A stretch of 64,000 bases of DNA from an uncultured delta proteobacterium. Lineage in GTDB: Bacteria > Desulfobacterota > Desulfobaccia > Desulfobaccales > 0-14-0-80-60-11. How positions within the stretch are numbered: position 1 is the stretch's first letter; each line of letters begins with the position of its first letter. The stretch covers positions 1,024,001-1,088,000 of the forward strand of contig CAWETI010000002.1 in assembly GCA_963812015.1 (NCBI GenBank). The letters run 5' to 3'. Both the position numbers and the translations under genes were made by a program. The notes below the pieces were generated by a model. The model ran no database searches. It saw nothing but the letters and a program-made list of their open reading frames with translations, and had not been told where the DNA came from. Positions 1 through 10,111 of this stretch are shown one piece after another.

Positions 1-762
1 TGCACCATCCTGGGGCTCCTGGCCACCCCGGTCATCGGTTATGGCATCTATGAGAATCTTCCCTCCCGGCGGGACCAGCCGCGCCTGATGAATGGTGAAT
101 TCTACGCCGGGGGCTTTCTGGGGGCGGCCTTTACTCCCAGCCAGACTCTCCAATATCTTAGTGGCGTTACCCTCAACGGCGGGCCCAATGGCAGCGGCCC
201 CGCTGGCTTTGCGGGGTCGGCCAAGCTGTATAACAATCAATTCGCCAACTCCCTGACCGGGGGCGTGAAGTTCGGGTACTTTACCCATGCCGTCCCCTAT
301 CTGGGCCTGGAAGTGGAGTCCTGCGTCAACAATAGTTACGTGAACCGGCGCACCTTGTCCATGAGCCCCCCCATCCAGGGGTTCAACCGGGCCGCCGTTC
401 CCAATGACTTCTGGATCGATTGGACTACGGCCTTGCATATTGTCGGGCGCTACGGCTTTTTGCCGGACCAGGAAGTGCCTTTCGGCCGGCTGCAGCCCTA
501 TGTGGGCATCGGCCCGGCCTTCATCGTCTTGTATGAAGAGGTGGACTCGGCCAAAAATTTCGGCGTCGATGTGATGGCCGGGGTGCGCTATATGATCGCC
601 ACACATGTCTCCGCCTTCGTGGAATACAAATTTAACTACCAGTGGGCGGCCGAAATTGAAGACCATCCCTTTTATCTGCCCAACGGCACCGTAGGCCGCA
701 ATATGGCCACTCTCGATTTTGCCAACCATAAAATCGTGGCGGGGATAGCTTACCATTGGTAA
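1..762 (+). CDS. Outer-membrane beta-barrel protein (OmpA/OmpW-like), 5' end truncated by the window
   Basis: Frame is open from base 1 (CTILGLLATPVIGYG...). Alternating beta-strand pattern (LQPYVGIGP, AGVRY, FVEYKF) and C-terminal aromatic signature GIAYHW. Confidence 0.75.
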   Translation, partial: CTILGLLATPVIGYGIYENLPSRRDQPRLMNGEFYAGGFLGAAFTPSQTLQYLSGVTLNGGPNGSGPAGFAGSAKLYNNQFANSLTGGVKFGYFTHAVPYLGLEVESCVNNSYVNRRTLSMSPPIQGFNRAAVPNDFWIDWTTALHIVGRYGFLPDQEVPFGRLQPYVGIGPAFIVLYEEVDSAKNFGVDVMAGVRYMIATHVSAFVEYKFNYQWAAEIEDHPFYLPNGTVGRNMATLDFANHKIVAGIAYHW

Positions 763-789
763 GGGCCTAACCCGTCCTGCACATACCTG

Positions 790-812
790 AAGGCGGCCCC
801 CGGCCGCCTTTT
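790..812 (+). terminator. Rho-independent terminator
   Basis: AAGGCGGCC-CCC-GGCCGCCTT-TT hairpin after the stop codon. Confidence 0.6.
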
Positions 813-949
813 CTATCGCTTTTGATAACCAGGGGCCGGAAAAGGGGTGATTTCCATCCCCCGGGGCGCCTCCCGAGATTCCCCCAGACCTGGATTTACC
901 CCGAGGGCTGTGTTATCTTAAACCGAAAATTGCTTGCCCAGGTTGGAAC

Positions 950-2545
950 ATGAAACTCGTTACGGCATCTCAGATGCGAGAGTTGGATCGCCGGGCCATC
1001 CAGGACCTCGGCATCCCCTCCCTGGTCCTGATGGAGAACGCCGGGCGGACGACCTACCAGATCCTCAGGCGGGAATTCCCCAACCTCCCGGGTGAAGTGG
1101 CGGTGCTGGCCGGCCGCGGCAACAACGGCGGCGACGGTTTTGTGGTGGCCCGCTACCTGGCCAACGCCGGAGTCCCGGTGGCGGTGTTCCTCTTAGGGCC
1201 GCGGAACCAGGTGGGCGGTGACGCCCGGGTTAACCTGGATATCCTGGCCCACCTGGGGATCGCGGTGGAGGAGGTCCTCACCGAAGCGCACCTGAACCCG
1301 GTCATCCACCGGTTGGCCAAAGCCGGGCTCATCGTGGACGCCCTTTTAGGCACCGGCCTCAATTCCCCGGTCAAAGGCTTGATGGCCGCCTTGATCGAAC
1401 GGCTCAATCATCTGAGGGCGCCGGTGTTGGCGGTGGATATCCCCACCGGACTGTCCGCCGATACCGGGGAAGTGCTGGGGGTGGCCCTGAAGGCCCGGGT
1501 CACCGTGACCTACGGCTGGCCCAAGCTAGGCCAAATCCTCCCTCCGGGCCGGGATTACGTGGGCCGCCTCTGGCAGGTGGATATCAGTATCCCCCCGGAT
1601 TTGGTTCGGGCGGCGCCCCTGGAGTTGGCCGAGGCCCGGGACCTCCGGGCGCTTTTGCCGCCCCGGCCCTTCGGCAGCCATAAGGGGAATTTTGGGCACC
1701 TCCTGGTCCTGGCCGGCTCCGTCGGCAAGACCGGGGCGGCGGCCATGTCGGCCGAGGCAGCCCTCCGGGCCGGGGCCGGGCTGGTGACTTTGGGGATTCC
1801 CGCCAGCCTTAACGATATCCTGGCGGTGAAGCTCACCGAGGCCATGACCCTGCCCCTGCCCGAGGCCGCGGGGGCCCGGGCCCTGGGCGCTGCGGCCCTG
1901 GCGCCCATCATGGAGTTCCTGGACCAAAAGTCCACCCTGGCCCTGGGGCCGGGAATCGGGACCCACCCGGAGACCCGGGAACTGGTGGGCCGGCTGGTCC
2001 ATGACCTTACCGGTCCCATGGTCATCGATGCGGACGGCATCAACAACCTGGCGGCGGATACCGCCTGTTTGACAGGCGCCGCCGGCCCCCGCATCCTGAC
2101 CCCCCACCCGGGTGAGATGGCCCGGCTGCTGGGGCTCACCACCCCGGAAGTCCAGGCCCGGCGCCTGGACCTGGCCCGGGAGACCGCAGCCCGGTTCGGG
2201 GTCACTCTGGTGTTGAAAGGGGCCCAGACGGTGGTGGCCGCCCCCGACGGCCGCGCCAGCCTCAATTCCACGGGAAACCCGGCCCTGGCCAGCGGCGGCA
2301 CCGGGGACGTGCTCACCGGCCTCATCGGCGGCTTTCTGGCCCAGGGTCTGACTCCCTGGGACGCCGCCCGCCTGGGAGTCTACCTCCACGGCCTGGCTGC
2401 GGATTTTTTTGTCAGTCGCCACGGACCCCGGGGGATGATCGCCGGAGACTTGTTGACCGTTTTTCCCACTATGCTGGCAGAATTCAGCCAGGGGATGATC
2501 CCCTCGGCAGAAGGAGATATATGCTTTACGCGCGTGATATCATGA
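950..2545 (+). CDS. nnr: Bifunctional NAD(P)H-hydrate epimerase/dehydratase (YjeF)
   Basis: YjeF-N motifs LMENAG, GNNGGDG, DALLGTG, DIPTG. C-terminal domain HKG, DADG, LTPHPGE, GGTGDVLTG. Confidence 0.95.
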   Translation: MKLVTASQMRELDRRAIQDLGIPSLVLMENAGRTTYQILRREFPNLPGEVAVLAGRGNNGGDGFVVARYLANAGVPVAVFLLGPRNQVGGDARVNLDILAHLGIAVEEVLTEAHLNPVIHRLAKAGLIVDALLGTGLNSPVKGLMAALIERLNHLRAPVLAVDIPTGLSADTGEVLGVALKARVTVTYGWPKLGQILPPGRDYVGRLWQVDISIPPDLVRAAPLELAEARDLRALLPPRPFGSHKGNFGHLLVLAGSVGKTGAAAMSAEAALRAGAGLVTLGIPASLNDILAVKLTEAMTLPLPEAAGARALGAAALAPIMEFLDQKSTLALGPGIGTHPETRELVGRLVHDLTGPMVIDADGINNLAADTACLTGAAGPRILTPHPGEMARLLGLTTPEVQARRLDLARETAARFGVTLVLKGAQTVVAAPDGRASLNSTGNPALASGGTGDVLTGLIGGFLAQGLTPWDAARLGVYLHGLAADFFVSRHGPRGMIAGDLLTVFPTMLAEFSQGMIPSAEGDICFTRVIS

Positions 2546-2982
2546 CCACGGAGGTCCTCACGGTCAGCCCGGAGACCTCCATTGCGGAAATGTCCAAGAT
2601 CTTGGAAAACCGCCAGATCGGCGGCGTCCCGGTGGTGGATAAAGGCGGCCGCCTGGTGGGGGTCATCACCCAGAGCGACCTGGTGGAGCGGGCCCGGGAC
2701 CTGGAGTTGCCCCCGGCCATCAATATCCTGGACTTCCATGTCTACCTCCAGATTCCCTCGCATCTGCTCCACCGGGTGGAAAAGATGCTGGGTACTACGG
2801 TGGGCGATTGCATGAGTCCCAACCCCGTCACGGTGGCCCCGGACACCCCGGTCCCCCAGATCGCCGGGATCATGACCAAGCAGAAGGTGCACACCCTCCC
2901 GGTGCTGGAAGGGGGCAAACTCGTGGGCGTCATCGGCAAGATGGACCTGGTCCGGGCCATGGCCCGGGAACCCGGCGAGTGA
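2521..2982 (+). CDS. CBS-domain pair protein
   Basis: Two CBS repeats (VPVVD..LVGVIT..DL and LPVLE..LVGVI..DL). Confidence 0.9.
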   Translation: MLYARDIMTTEVLTVSPETSIAEMSKILENRQIGGVPVVDKGGRLVGVITQSDLVERARDLELPPAINILDFHVYLQIPSHLLHRVEKMLGTTVGDCMSPNPVTVAPDTPVPQIAGIMTKQKVHTLPVLEGGKLVGVIGKMDLVRAMAREPGE

Positions 2983-3065
2983 GGCGGGATTGCTCGCGCA
3001 CCGGCGGCCCCGGCGTCTCGCTTGTCTAGGCGCAGGCTGAAGCGCGGCCATAACCACCGCCCGAT

Positions 3066-3539
3066 ATGAAGCCGTATGCGCTGATCAGCCACAGTCCCGA
3101 AGAAACCCGAGCCCTGGCGGTCCGGCTGGGACTGCTCCTAAAATCCGGGGATGTAGTGGCCTTAAACGGGGAGTTAGGCAGCGGCAAGACCGAGTTCGTC
3201 CACGGTCTGGCCGAGGGGCTAAAAGTGCCCCCCGAGGTGGCTGTGGCCAGTCCCAGCTTCACCCTGGTGCACGAGTATCCCGGGCGCCTGACCCTGGTCC
3301 ACCTGGACCTCTATCGCCTGGAAGACCTGCCGCCGGAACTGCTCCCGGACCTGGAAGAATATCTCGCCGGCCCCCAGGTGGTGGCGGTGGAATGGGCCCG
3401 GCGCCTGGCGCCCTTGCTCCCCGGCGATTACCTGGAAGTCGATCTGGAGATCATCGGAGAGACCCAGCGACAACTCACCTTCACCGGCCACGGGCTGCGG
3501 AGTTGGGAACTGGTGTGCCATTTGACGAAAGATTCTTGA
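3066..3539 (+). CDS. tsaE: tRNA threonylcarbamoyladenosine biosynthesis ATPase TsaE
   Basis: GELGSGKT P-loop, SPSFTLVHEY, HLDLYRL, VEW. Confidence 0.95.
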   Translation: MKPYALISHSPEETRALAVRLGLLLKSGDVVALNGELGSGKTEFVHGLAEGLKVPPEVAVASPSFTLVHEYPGRLTLVHLDLYRLEDLPPELLPDLEEYLAGPQVVAVEWARRLAPLLPGDYLEVDLEIIGETQRQLTFTGHGLRSWELVCHLTKDS

Positions 3540-3547
3540 ATGCTCAT

Positions 3548-3680
3548 TTGAGGGGAGGGGTGGAGGAGAACAACTCCGCCACTCTCCCCTCAAACTCCCC
3601 TCTCATCCCCCTGTAAGGGATTGGGGGTGGGGGTTTTGGGGAGGGGGCAGGGGCGGGCGTCTCTGGCCCCCTCCCCAAAT
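3548..3680. repeat. G-rich/C-rich imperfect palindromic intergenic repeat
   Basis: Two G-run/C-run hairpins. Similar copies near 29331-29386, 31359-31413 and 47151-47207. Confidence 0.55.
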
Positions 3681-3705
3681 CTCAATCTGGGAAAAGGGGA
3701 TGTAC

Positions 3706-4386
3706 ATGGCCAAAACAACTCCCCGGCGCCGGATGGCGCTGGACAGTCCCGAAGGAATGCGAACCCTGGCGCATCGCTTGCTGGAGCCGGTGAAGCCCTA
3801 TGCCAAATGGCTGGTGGCGGGTGGGGTCGTGATCGCCCTGGCTCTGGGAGCCTGGGCGATCAACGCCGGGATGCAGAAGCGCCGGGACGCTAAAGCCGCC
3901 GCTGCCTTCGCATCGGTGACCCCCAAGGTGGATCTCACGGTTCCCACCGCCGACGCCGCCAAGGTCCTGGGGCAGTTTGTCCAGGAATATAACGGCACCC
4001 GGACGGGCCGGGAAGCCCAACTCATGCTGGCCAACCTCCTCTATGGGTTGGGGCGATACGCTGAGGCCGCCAAGGCTTACGAATCCCTCCTGGACGGCCG
4101 CGACCCGGGCTGGGATCTCCTCGTGACCGAAAGTCTCAGCTACTGCTACGAAGGGCTGGGCAACTTCAAAAAGGCCGCCGAGGTCCTCAAACCCGCGGCG
4201 GAACAAGCCTACGGCCCCCTGAAGACCGAGATTATGAGGCGTCTGGCCATGCTCTACGATAAGGCCCAAGAGCCCAAAGAAGCCGCGGTCTACTGGCGCA
4301 AGCTGCTGGAAAAGCCACCGGACGCCGCCCTGGTCCCTTACCTCCAGGAAAGATTGGCCGCGGCGGAGGCCGCGAGCAAGAAATAG
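3706..4386 (+). CDS. YfgM-like membrane-anchored TPR protein
   Basis: N-terminal TM helix followed by TPR-like helices (LANLLYGLGRYAEAAKAY). Confidence 0.8.
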   Translation: MAKTTPRRRMALDSPEGMRTLAHRLLEPVKPYAKWLVAGGVVIALALGAWAINAGMQKRRDAKAAAAFASVTPKVDLTVPTADAAKVLGQFVQEYNGTRTGREAQLMLANLLYGLGRYAEAAKAYESLLDGRDPGWDLLVTESLSYCYEGLGNFKKAAEVLKPAAEQAYGPLKTEIMRRLAMLYDKAQEPKEAAVYWRKLLEKPPDAALVPYLQERLAAAEAASKK

Positions 4387-4403
4387 ACCGGGGCCGATTT
4401 CAA

Positions 4404-4841
4404 TTACCGGGTGGCAAGCCGGGCCTTGACCATATCGATATTGAATTTGATCAGGGGCTCCATCTCCGTATCCCCGTAAACCTCCTGCAAGGGGCGGAAG
4501 GCCAGACAGATACCGTCCACCGCGCATACCTGATTGACCTTGATCTGATATCCTTTAGCCCGAGTTAGGGCCTGTTCCAGGTATTTCAGGGCCTCTTGAT
4601 ATTTATGCTCTTTGACCCTGATGGCCCCCAGGTTGTTCAAGGCCAGGGGATTGCCGGGGTCCTGCTGTAAAATCCGCTCGTAGATTGTCTGGGCCTGAGC
4701 CAGTTGGCCCGCCTCCAGTAAATCATAGCTCTCCATCAGCATCTTGGTGAGGCCGGCGTCACCCTGGGCCTGGACCGGCCCGGCCAAGGCCAGCCCCAAG
4801 GCCGCCACCATGAGGACTATCTGCCAGAATCTGCGTTGCAT
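4404..4841 (-). CDS. Secreted TPR protein (paralog 1)
   Basis: Signal peptide MQRRFWQIVLMVAALGLALAGPVQA, TPR motif DPGNPLALNNLG, Cys pair VCAVDGIC. Confidence 0.75.
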   Translation of the reverse strand: MQRRFWQIVLMVAALGLALAGPVQAQGDAGLTKMLMESYDLLEAGQLAQAQTIYERILQQDPGNPLALNNLGAIRVKEHKYQEALKYLEQALTRAKGYQIKVNQVCAVDGICLAFRPLQEVYGDTEMEPLIKFNIDMVKARLATR

Positions 4842-4952
4842 GTGGGCCCCCGATTGATTCGAAGTGATTGCACCATAACGACCTCCGGCGGCGTTGTCAA
4901 TGCCGGGGTGGATGCGTCCCGGTCGCCTTTGGTGCGGGTTGTCGCCGACCAC

Positions 4953-4980
4953 AAAAAAAAAGGCCCCCGGAGGGGGGCCT
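4953..4980 (-). terminator. Rho-independent terminator
   Basis: On the minus strand, AGGCCCCC/GGGGGCCT stem followed by a T run. Confidence 0.75.
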
Positions 4981-5013
4981 AGGAGCTCCTAGTGGGCGGC
5001 AGTTAAGCGTTAA

Positions 5014-5487
5014 TTATCTCAGGCCCTTCCCCGGGACGGGGCCCTCAGTCATATAGCCTTTGACCATTTCGATGTTCATCTTGATCAAGGGCTCCAAATC
5101 CTGATTACCGGTACCCGAAGCCACGGGTTTGAAGGCCAGGCAGATGTTGCCCACGGAGCAAACCCGGTTTACCTGTACCATGTAGCCTTTGGCTTTGCCC
5201 AGGGCCTGGTTCAGGTAGGTGTCGGCCTTATCGAACTTCTTCTCATAGACCATGACCGAGGCCTTGTTGTTCAAGGCCAGGGGATTGCCCGGATCCTTCT
5301 CCAGGATTTTGTCCAGCAACGCATCGGCCTTCTTATACTGTTGCTTTTCGATCAGATCATAAGATTTCAGCAACGCGTCGCCAACATTAAATTCTTTTTC
5401 GGCCTTTTTCGCCGCCAATGCAGCCCCCGCCCCACACAGAGCCAGGGCCAGTACGATGGCTATAACTTTGACCCACGTCCTCTTCAT
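5014..5487 (-). CDS. Secreted TPR protein (paralog 2)
   Basis: Signal peptide, DPGNPLALNN, VCSVGNICLAFKP, strong GGAGG RBS. Confidence 0.8.
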   Translation of the reverse strand: MKRTWVKVIAIVLALALCGAGAALAAKKAEKEFNVGDALLKSYDLIEKQQYKKADALLDKILEKDPGNPLALNNKASVMVYEKKFDKADTYLNQALGKAKGYMVQVNRVCSVGNICLAFKPVASGTGNQDLEPLIKMNIEMVKGYMTEGPVPGKGLR

Positions 5488-5773
5488 ATTCTCCCTCCCT
5501 TGGTATGATGATGCCTTGATGACTAGGTGATGCCGCCCTGCTCACATAAGATAAGAGATTCCCCGCTGATTGTCAAAATATTTTGCGGGGAAACCTGCCA
5601 GATTTCATTAAATATTCCATTTTTTCGGTCTTCCGGGAGTTTTTTGGAAACTATCGGTTGTATTATCGGCGGGTTCGTCTCTTCCGGCCCTCAACCAGTT
5701 ACCCGGCCGGGGAGGCTGCCGCAGCAAGGTCCATATCCGGCAGGCCTGGCGGTTGCCTGACGGCGGCAAAAAT

Positions 5774-6610
5774 TTATTCCTTCAGGCGGGGATCGATGGC
5801 CTCCCGGATGCCTTCCCCCAACAGGTTGTAACTCATCACCGTGACGAGAATGGCCAGCCCGGGAAACACGGACAGCCACCAGGCGATCTCGATATTATCT
5901 TTGCCGGCGGTGAGGATGTTGCCCCAACTGGGGGTGGGGGGCTGGACTCCGAGGCCCAGGAAACTCAGAGCGCTCTCGGTGAGGATGGCCCCTGCCACCC
6001 CCAGGGTGGCCGAGACCATCACCGGCGCCAGGGCGTTGGGCAGCATGTGGCGCATGATCAGACGGGTGTCGCCGGCTCCCAGGGCTCGGGCCGCGGTGAC
6101 GAATTCCCGTTCCCGCAGGGAGAGAAACTCCGCCCGGACCAGACGGGCCACACCCATCCAACTGGTGAGGCCGATGACCACCATGATGTTCCAGATGCTG
6201 GGCTCCAGTATGGCGATGACGGCCAGGATCAGAAAGAAGGCGGGAAAACAGAGCATCAGGTCCACCAGGCGCATGAGGCTTTGGTCCACCCAGCCGCCAT
6301 AATACCCCGCCAGGGCCCCCACCAACAGGCCGATGAGGGTGGCCAGGCCCACCGCCACGAAGCCCACCTTGAGGGACACCCGAGACCCAAAGATGATCCG
6401 GGAGAGGACGTCCCGGCCCAGAGTGTCCGTGCCCAAAAGATGGGCGTGGCTGGGGGGCATGAGCACCTGTTTGAGGTCGATGCTGTTGGGGTCATAGGGC
6501 GCCAGCCAGGGGGCGAAGATGGACAGCACAAACAGGCCCAAGACCAGGGCCAGGCCGGTCATGGCCATGCGATTCCGCTTCAGGCGCGCCCAGAATTCAC
6601 GTTGTCTCAT
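5774..6610 (-). CDS. Peptide/nickel ABC transporter permease (OppC/DppC family)
   Basis: HLLGTDTLGRD, EAA-loop FVTAARALGA, GEGIREAIDPR. Start moved to ATG 6610. Confidence 0.92.
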   Translation of the reverse strand: MRQREFWARLKRNRMAMTGLALVLGLFVLSIFAPWLAPYDPNSIDLKQVLMPPSHAHLLGTDTLGRDVLSRIIFGSRVSLKVGFVAVGLATLIGLLVGALAGYYGGWVDQSLMRLVDLMLCFPAFFLILAVIAILEPSIWNIMVVIGLTSWMGVARLVRAEFLSLREREFVTAARALGAGDTRLIMRHMLPNALAPVMVSATLGVAGAILTESALSFLGLGVQPPTPSWGNILTAGKDNIEIAWWLSVFPGLAILVTVMSYNLLGEGIREAIDPRLKE

Positions 6611-6617
6611 AGAGATT

Positions 6618-6794
6618 GGTTTTCGGTTTTTGGTTTTCGGTAAAGAGCAAGCAAAGAGTGCGGTGATTACCTCCTCTGCCCTAACCTCTTTCAATGGTTT
6701 TAATTCACGACAGATACCTTTCCCGATTAATCGGCCTCTCAGGCGGATTCGGTTTCCAGGGCCACAGAAAACTGAAAACCGGAAACCGAAAACC
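6618..6794. repeat. Element with inverted arms of tandem heptamers (GGTTTTC x3 ... GAAAACC x4)
   Basis: Arms at 6618-6640 and 6767-6794, inserted between the two permease genes. Confidence 0.7.
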
Positions 6795-6800
6795 CTCTTC

Positions 6801-7775
6801 TCACCCTGTGCGGATGCGCGGGTCCACCAGGGCGTAGCCCACATCCGCCAGCATGTTGCCCACCAGGGTCAGCACCGCGCCGATGACCAGTTCCCCCATG
6901 ACCAGGGGGTAGTCCCGGGCCATCACCGCGCCGTAGAACAACTGGCCCATGCCGGGGATGGCAAAGATGGACTCGAAGATGACGCTGCCGCCGATGAGGC
7001 CCGGCACACTCAACCCCAGGATGGTGATTACCGGCAGCAGGGCGTTGCGCAGCGCGTGTTTGAAGATCACCACCCGCTCCGGCAGCCCCTTGGCCCGGGC
7101 CGTAATGATGTAATCCTGGCGGATAACCTCCAGCATGTTGCCCCGCATGTAGCGGGACATGCCGGCCAGGCCCCCGAACGCGGCCACCAGCACCGGCAGG
7201 GTTACGTGGGCGGCCAGGTCCTCCAGCTTCTGCCAGAGGGTGAATTGCCCGAAATTAAGGGAGGTGAGGCCGGAGATGGGCAGCCAATCCAGGTAGACGC
7301 CGAAAAACATGATGAGGAGCAAGGCCAGCCAGAACGTGGGCATGGCGAACCCAAAAAAGACGAACAGAGTGGTGGTTTTGTCGAACCACGAGTGGGCCCG
7401 GTAGGCGGCGATCACCCCGATGGGAACGGACACCCCCAAGATGATAATCAGGCTCATGAGGTTGAGGCCCAGGGTAATGCCGATGCGTTCCTTGATCTTG
7501 TCCCACACCGGCCGCCGGTCCGGGGAGAAGGAGCGCCCGAAGTCCAGGTGGACCAGTCTCTTCAGCCAGTCCTGGTATTGCACCATGAGGGGTTTGTCCA
7601 GCCCATAGAGCTCCCGCAGACGTTTCTGGGCCTCCAGGGATGCCTTGGGATTGAGGGTGGTCTGCATGTCGGTGGGAGTGCCCGGGGCCAGGTGAATGAC
7701 CATGAAAGAGATCAGGGTGATCCCCAGGAGCATGGGAATCATCATTGCCAGACGTTTTAGGATATAGAGCCACAT
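6801..7775 (-). CDS. Peptide/nickel ABC transporter permease (OppB/DppB family)
   Basis: [39 protein letters not shown]. Confidence 0.93.
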   Translation of the reverse strand: MWLYILKRLAMMIPMLLGITLISFMVIHLAPGTPTDMQTTLNPKASLEAQKRLRELYGLDKPLMVQYQDWLKRLVHLDFGRSFSPDRRPVWDKIKERIGITLGLNLMSLIIILGVSVPIGVIAAYRAHSWFDKTTTLFVFFGFAMPTFWLALLLIMFFGVYLDWLPISGLTSLNFGQFTLWQKLEDLAAHVTLPVLVAAFGGLAGMSRYMRGNMLEVIRQDYIITARAKGLPERVVIFKHALRNALLPVITILGLSVPGLIGGSVIFESIFAIPGMGQLFYGAVMARDYPLVMGELVIGAVLTLVGNMLADVGYALVDPRIRTG

Positions 7776-8135
7776 GGGGTTTGTAATTGAGTGAATTCCC
7801 GCTCCCGCACTTGCTAAATTAGCCTAATTGGGCCGGCGATGCAAGGGGGAGGACCATGCCGTGGCAGAGGGAGTCCCCTCTCTGAGTCCCCGCGCCTTAA
7901 GCTGGCCGTTAAGCCAAAGATAGATCAGCCATTCATGCTCGGCGACGACTGGGCTCGCGGCGGTGGGGGAAACCGGATTAAGAGGGAGGTTCTTATTTTT
8001 CCGTAAGGGCTGCGCTAGATAGTTATAGGTACTATTCGGTGGTTTTTTCCTGAGCCGTGGATGTGGACCGGACTCTCCCCCGGTTTTGGGGAGGCCCGAA
8101 TTGAGCCGAGCCATTCCCCGGGGCCGGGCTGGACG

Positions 8136-8609
8136 TCAGGTTAACCAGCCCTGGAGCACCTGCCGGGCCCGGTCCACGTAACCGGGCAGGGCTCCCCGGG
8201 TCGACGGGCTCATCTCGGCATGACTCTCAAAGGGGCTTGCCACTTCCAGGGCCAGGATGCGCAACTCCTGGGGAAATACGATCCCCAAACGCTCCGCCTG
8301 CCGCAAGACTTCGGGGAGACCCACGTAGTGGGCTGAGGGCGCCGCCGCCTTCTGAAAATCATCCCGGGAGAATTCCAAGACCGTGCCCGGGGGGGCGTAC
8401 CCGGTAAAGATGGCGTCCAGGAGCAGGGCCCGGTCATAGCCTTCCAGGAGTTCCAGGAGGGCGAGCCCCGCCCCGGGGGCCTCCACGATGTCCACCGACT
8501 TCTGGAACTCATCCCTCAGGAGGCGGGCCGTGGCGAGCCCCACCCCGTCATCTTTCAGGATGTCATTACCGAGAGCCAGAAGCAGGCAACGTCGCGGCAT
8601 GCGATGCAT
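8136..8609 (-). CDS. Hydrogenase maturation protease (HycI/HybD family)
   Basis: LGNDILKDDGVG, LLDAI, SAH motifs. Confidence 0.88.
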   Translation of the reverse strand: MHRMPRRCLLLALGNDILKDDGVGLATARLLRDEFQKSVDIVEAPGAGLALLELLEGYDRALLLDAIFTGYAPPGTVLEFSRDDFQKAAAPSAHYVGLPEVLRQAERLGIVFPQELRILALEVASPFESHAEMSPSTRGALPGYVDRARQVLQGWLT

Positions 8610-8870
8610 CTTTCCAGTCCCTCTCTGCCGGCCAATGGCCTCGGCAGTCCGGTGAACCCTCCGCCTCTGGCGGTGGAGGCCGTGCTCCCCGGGTAAATCG
8701 GCCCATGGTGCATTTTACCCCAGGGATCTGGCCGGGGCGTCCTTAGCCACCCTCAGTCGCGTTGTGGGAGCGGGAGGGCGACAATGAGATTGCCTATGGT
8801 GCCCAATGGCTTACGCCTTTCCCGGGTGGCCGTTCCCAGGCACCCTAATCCCAGGCTTTGTGCACTAGTA

Positions 8871-8886
8871 TGCAATATACGTTCCC
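8871..8886 (-). promoter_or_regulatory. Candidate sigma54 (-24/-12) promoter
   Basis: Minus strand GGGAAC-GTATA-TTGCA with GG-N10-GC spacing, upstream of the hydrogenase protease gene. Confidence 0.4.
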
Positions 8887-9602
8887 GGCGGCCTTGATGG
8901 GGCCGGGAATGACTCCATCCGGGGGCGAGAGGCTCGGTAAGCGATGGGCAGCCGGTGATGGCGCCGCCTCAGATGATGACGCCTCAAAAAATGTTTGGGT
9001 TCAAGGCGCCTGCCTGACGGTCGGGTTGAGGGTGATTTCGCCCTTACCCGGGAGATAATTCCCCAGCCTGATCAGGTCAGGGGTTTGGCGAAGGCAGGTT
9101 GCCATATTTTGGAAAAAATTCTTGCTAAATTATCCTCACGATTTGGCCAGGGCCGGTGCTTAAGACCGGCCCCAAAGTCTTGACTCGGGGCGCCGATGGC
9201 AAAGACGGGTCGCCGGGCCCCGGGCCGGTTCTGCGAAGGAAATAAAATGAATAATTAATGATTTGCCAACCTGCGCGCAACAATCTGGAGGTATCTTATC
9301 CTTCGCAGTCACCTCTGAGGCGCGCTACAGGTTCTCTAAAAGGGGAAAACCGGGGGGAGTCCCGGACGCGATGGTCGAAGGGGCGGGGGCCGGTCGTTCG
9401 GCAAATTTGAACCGGGATTGAGCCCGGACCGGGGGCAGAAAGGGCGGAACCCGGGTCAAGCGAGGATTATAGTCCGGAGCAAGAATGCCGATAAATTGGG
9501 TTGATCGCAGAATCGGTTGGGCGATCGCCGGGAATAACCCCATAGCTTATCGACAATCCTCCTTCTCATAATTTCCCGTGCCGGTGAGGGGCGGAACCAA
9601 GG

Positions 9603-9866
9603 ATGAAAACGCCAATGCGAAAGAAAGAACTGGTGGCCATGTTTATGGAGAGCCCCCTTTATTTCGAATTGCGGGTGCGGGAGAGGCTGGAGCTGTTGAG
9701 AGAACATATAAGCCGGTTCTCGCTCCAGGACCCTCTGGGTGGGATTGCCACGCTGGCCAATGCGGTCCCGGAAGACCCCACCGCGACCTCGACCCGGGGA
9801 GCCGAGACCAACTATGCCAGGCTCATCGTGGGATATTTCCCTCCCAAGCAGCCGGTGAGCCCCTGA
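9603..9866 (+). CDS. Hypothetical small protein
   Basis: 87-aa ORF with a helical N-terminal half (FMESPLYFELRVRERLELL). No family recognised with certainty. Confidence 0.5.
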   Translation: MKTPMRKKELVAMFMESPLYFELRVRERLELLREHISRFSLQDPLGGIATLANAVPEDPTATSTRGAETNYARLIVGYFPPKQPVSP

Positions 9867-10111
9867 ATTAACCGCCCGAGCAGGCAACATGCCGCCAGTC
9901 CGGGTCGGCATCCGGGTTGAGGCAACGTAATATTCTCTTGACAGCTGGCGTATCCGAGATTAGTAACAATGATCAAATATTATGGATCCGGCCGAACCCG
10001 GTGGGACCCAGGCGTTTTGCGCCGCCATCTGACCCGCCGGTGCGCCGGGCTTAGTGCAGGTCTGAAGCCTGAAGAGTGGTGCGGTCTTTTAGGGGGTAAA
10101 GGAGTTCTTTC

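Noticed and set aside
6611..6844. N-terminal extension of the OppC-like ORF in the track
   Set aside because: It translates the heptamer repeat element and overlaps oppB; ATG 6610 gives the normal length.
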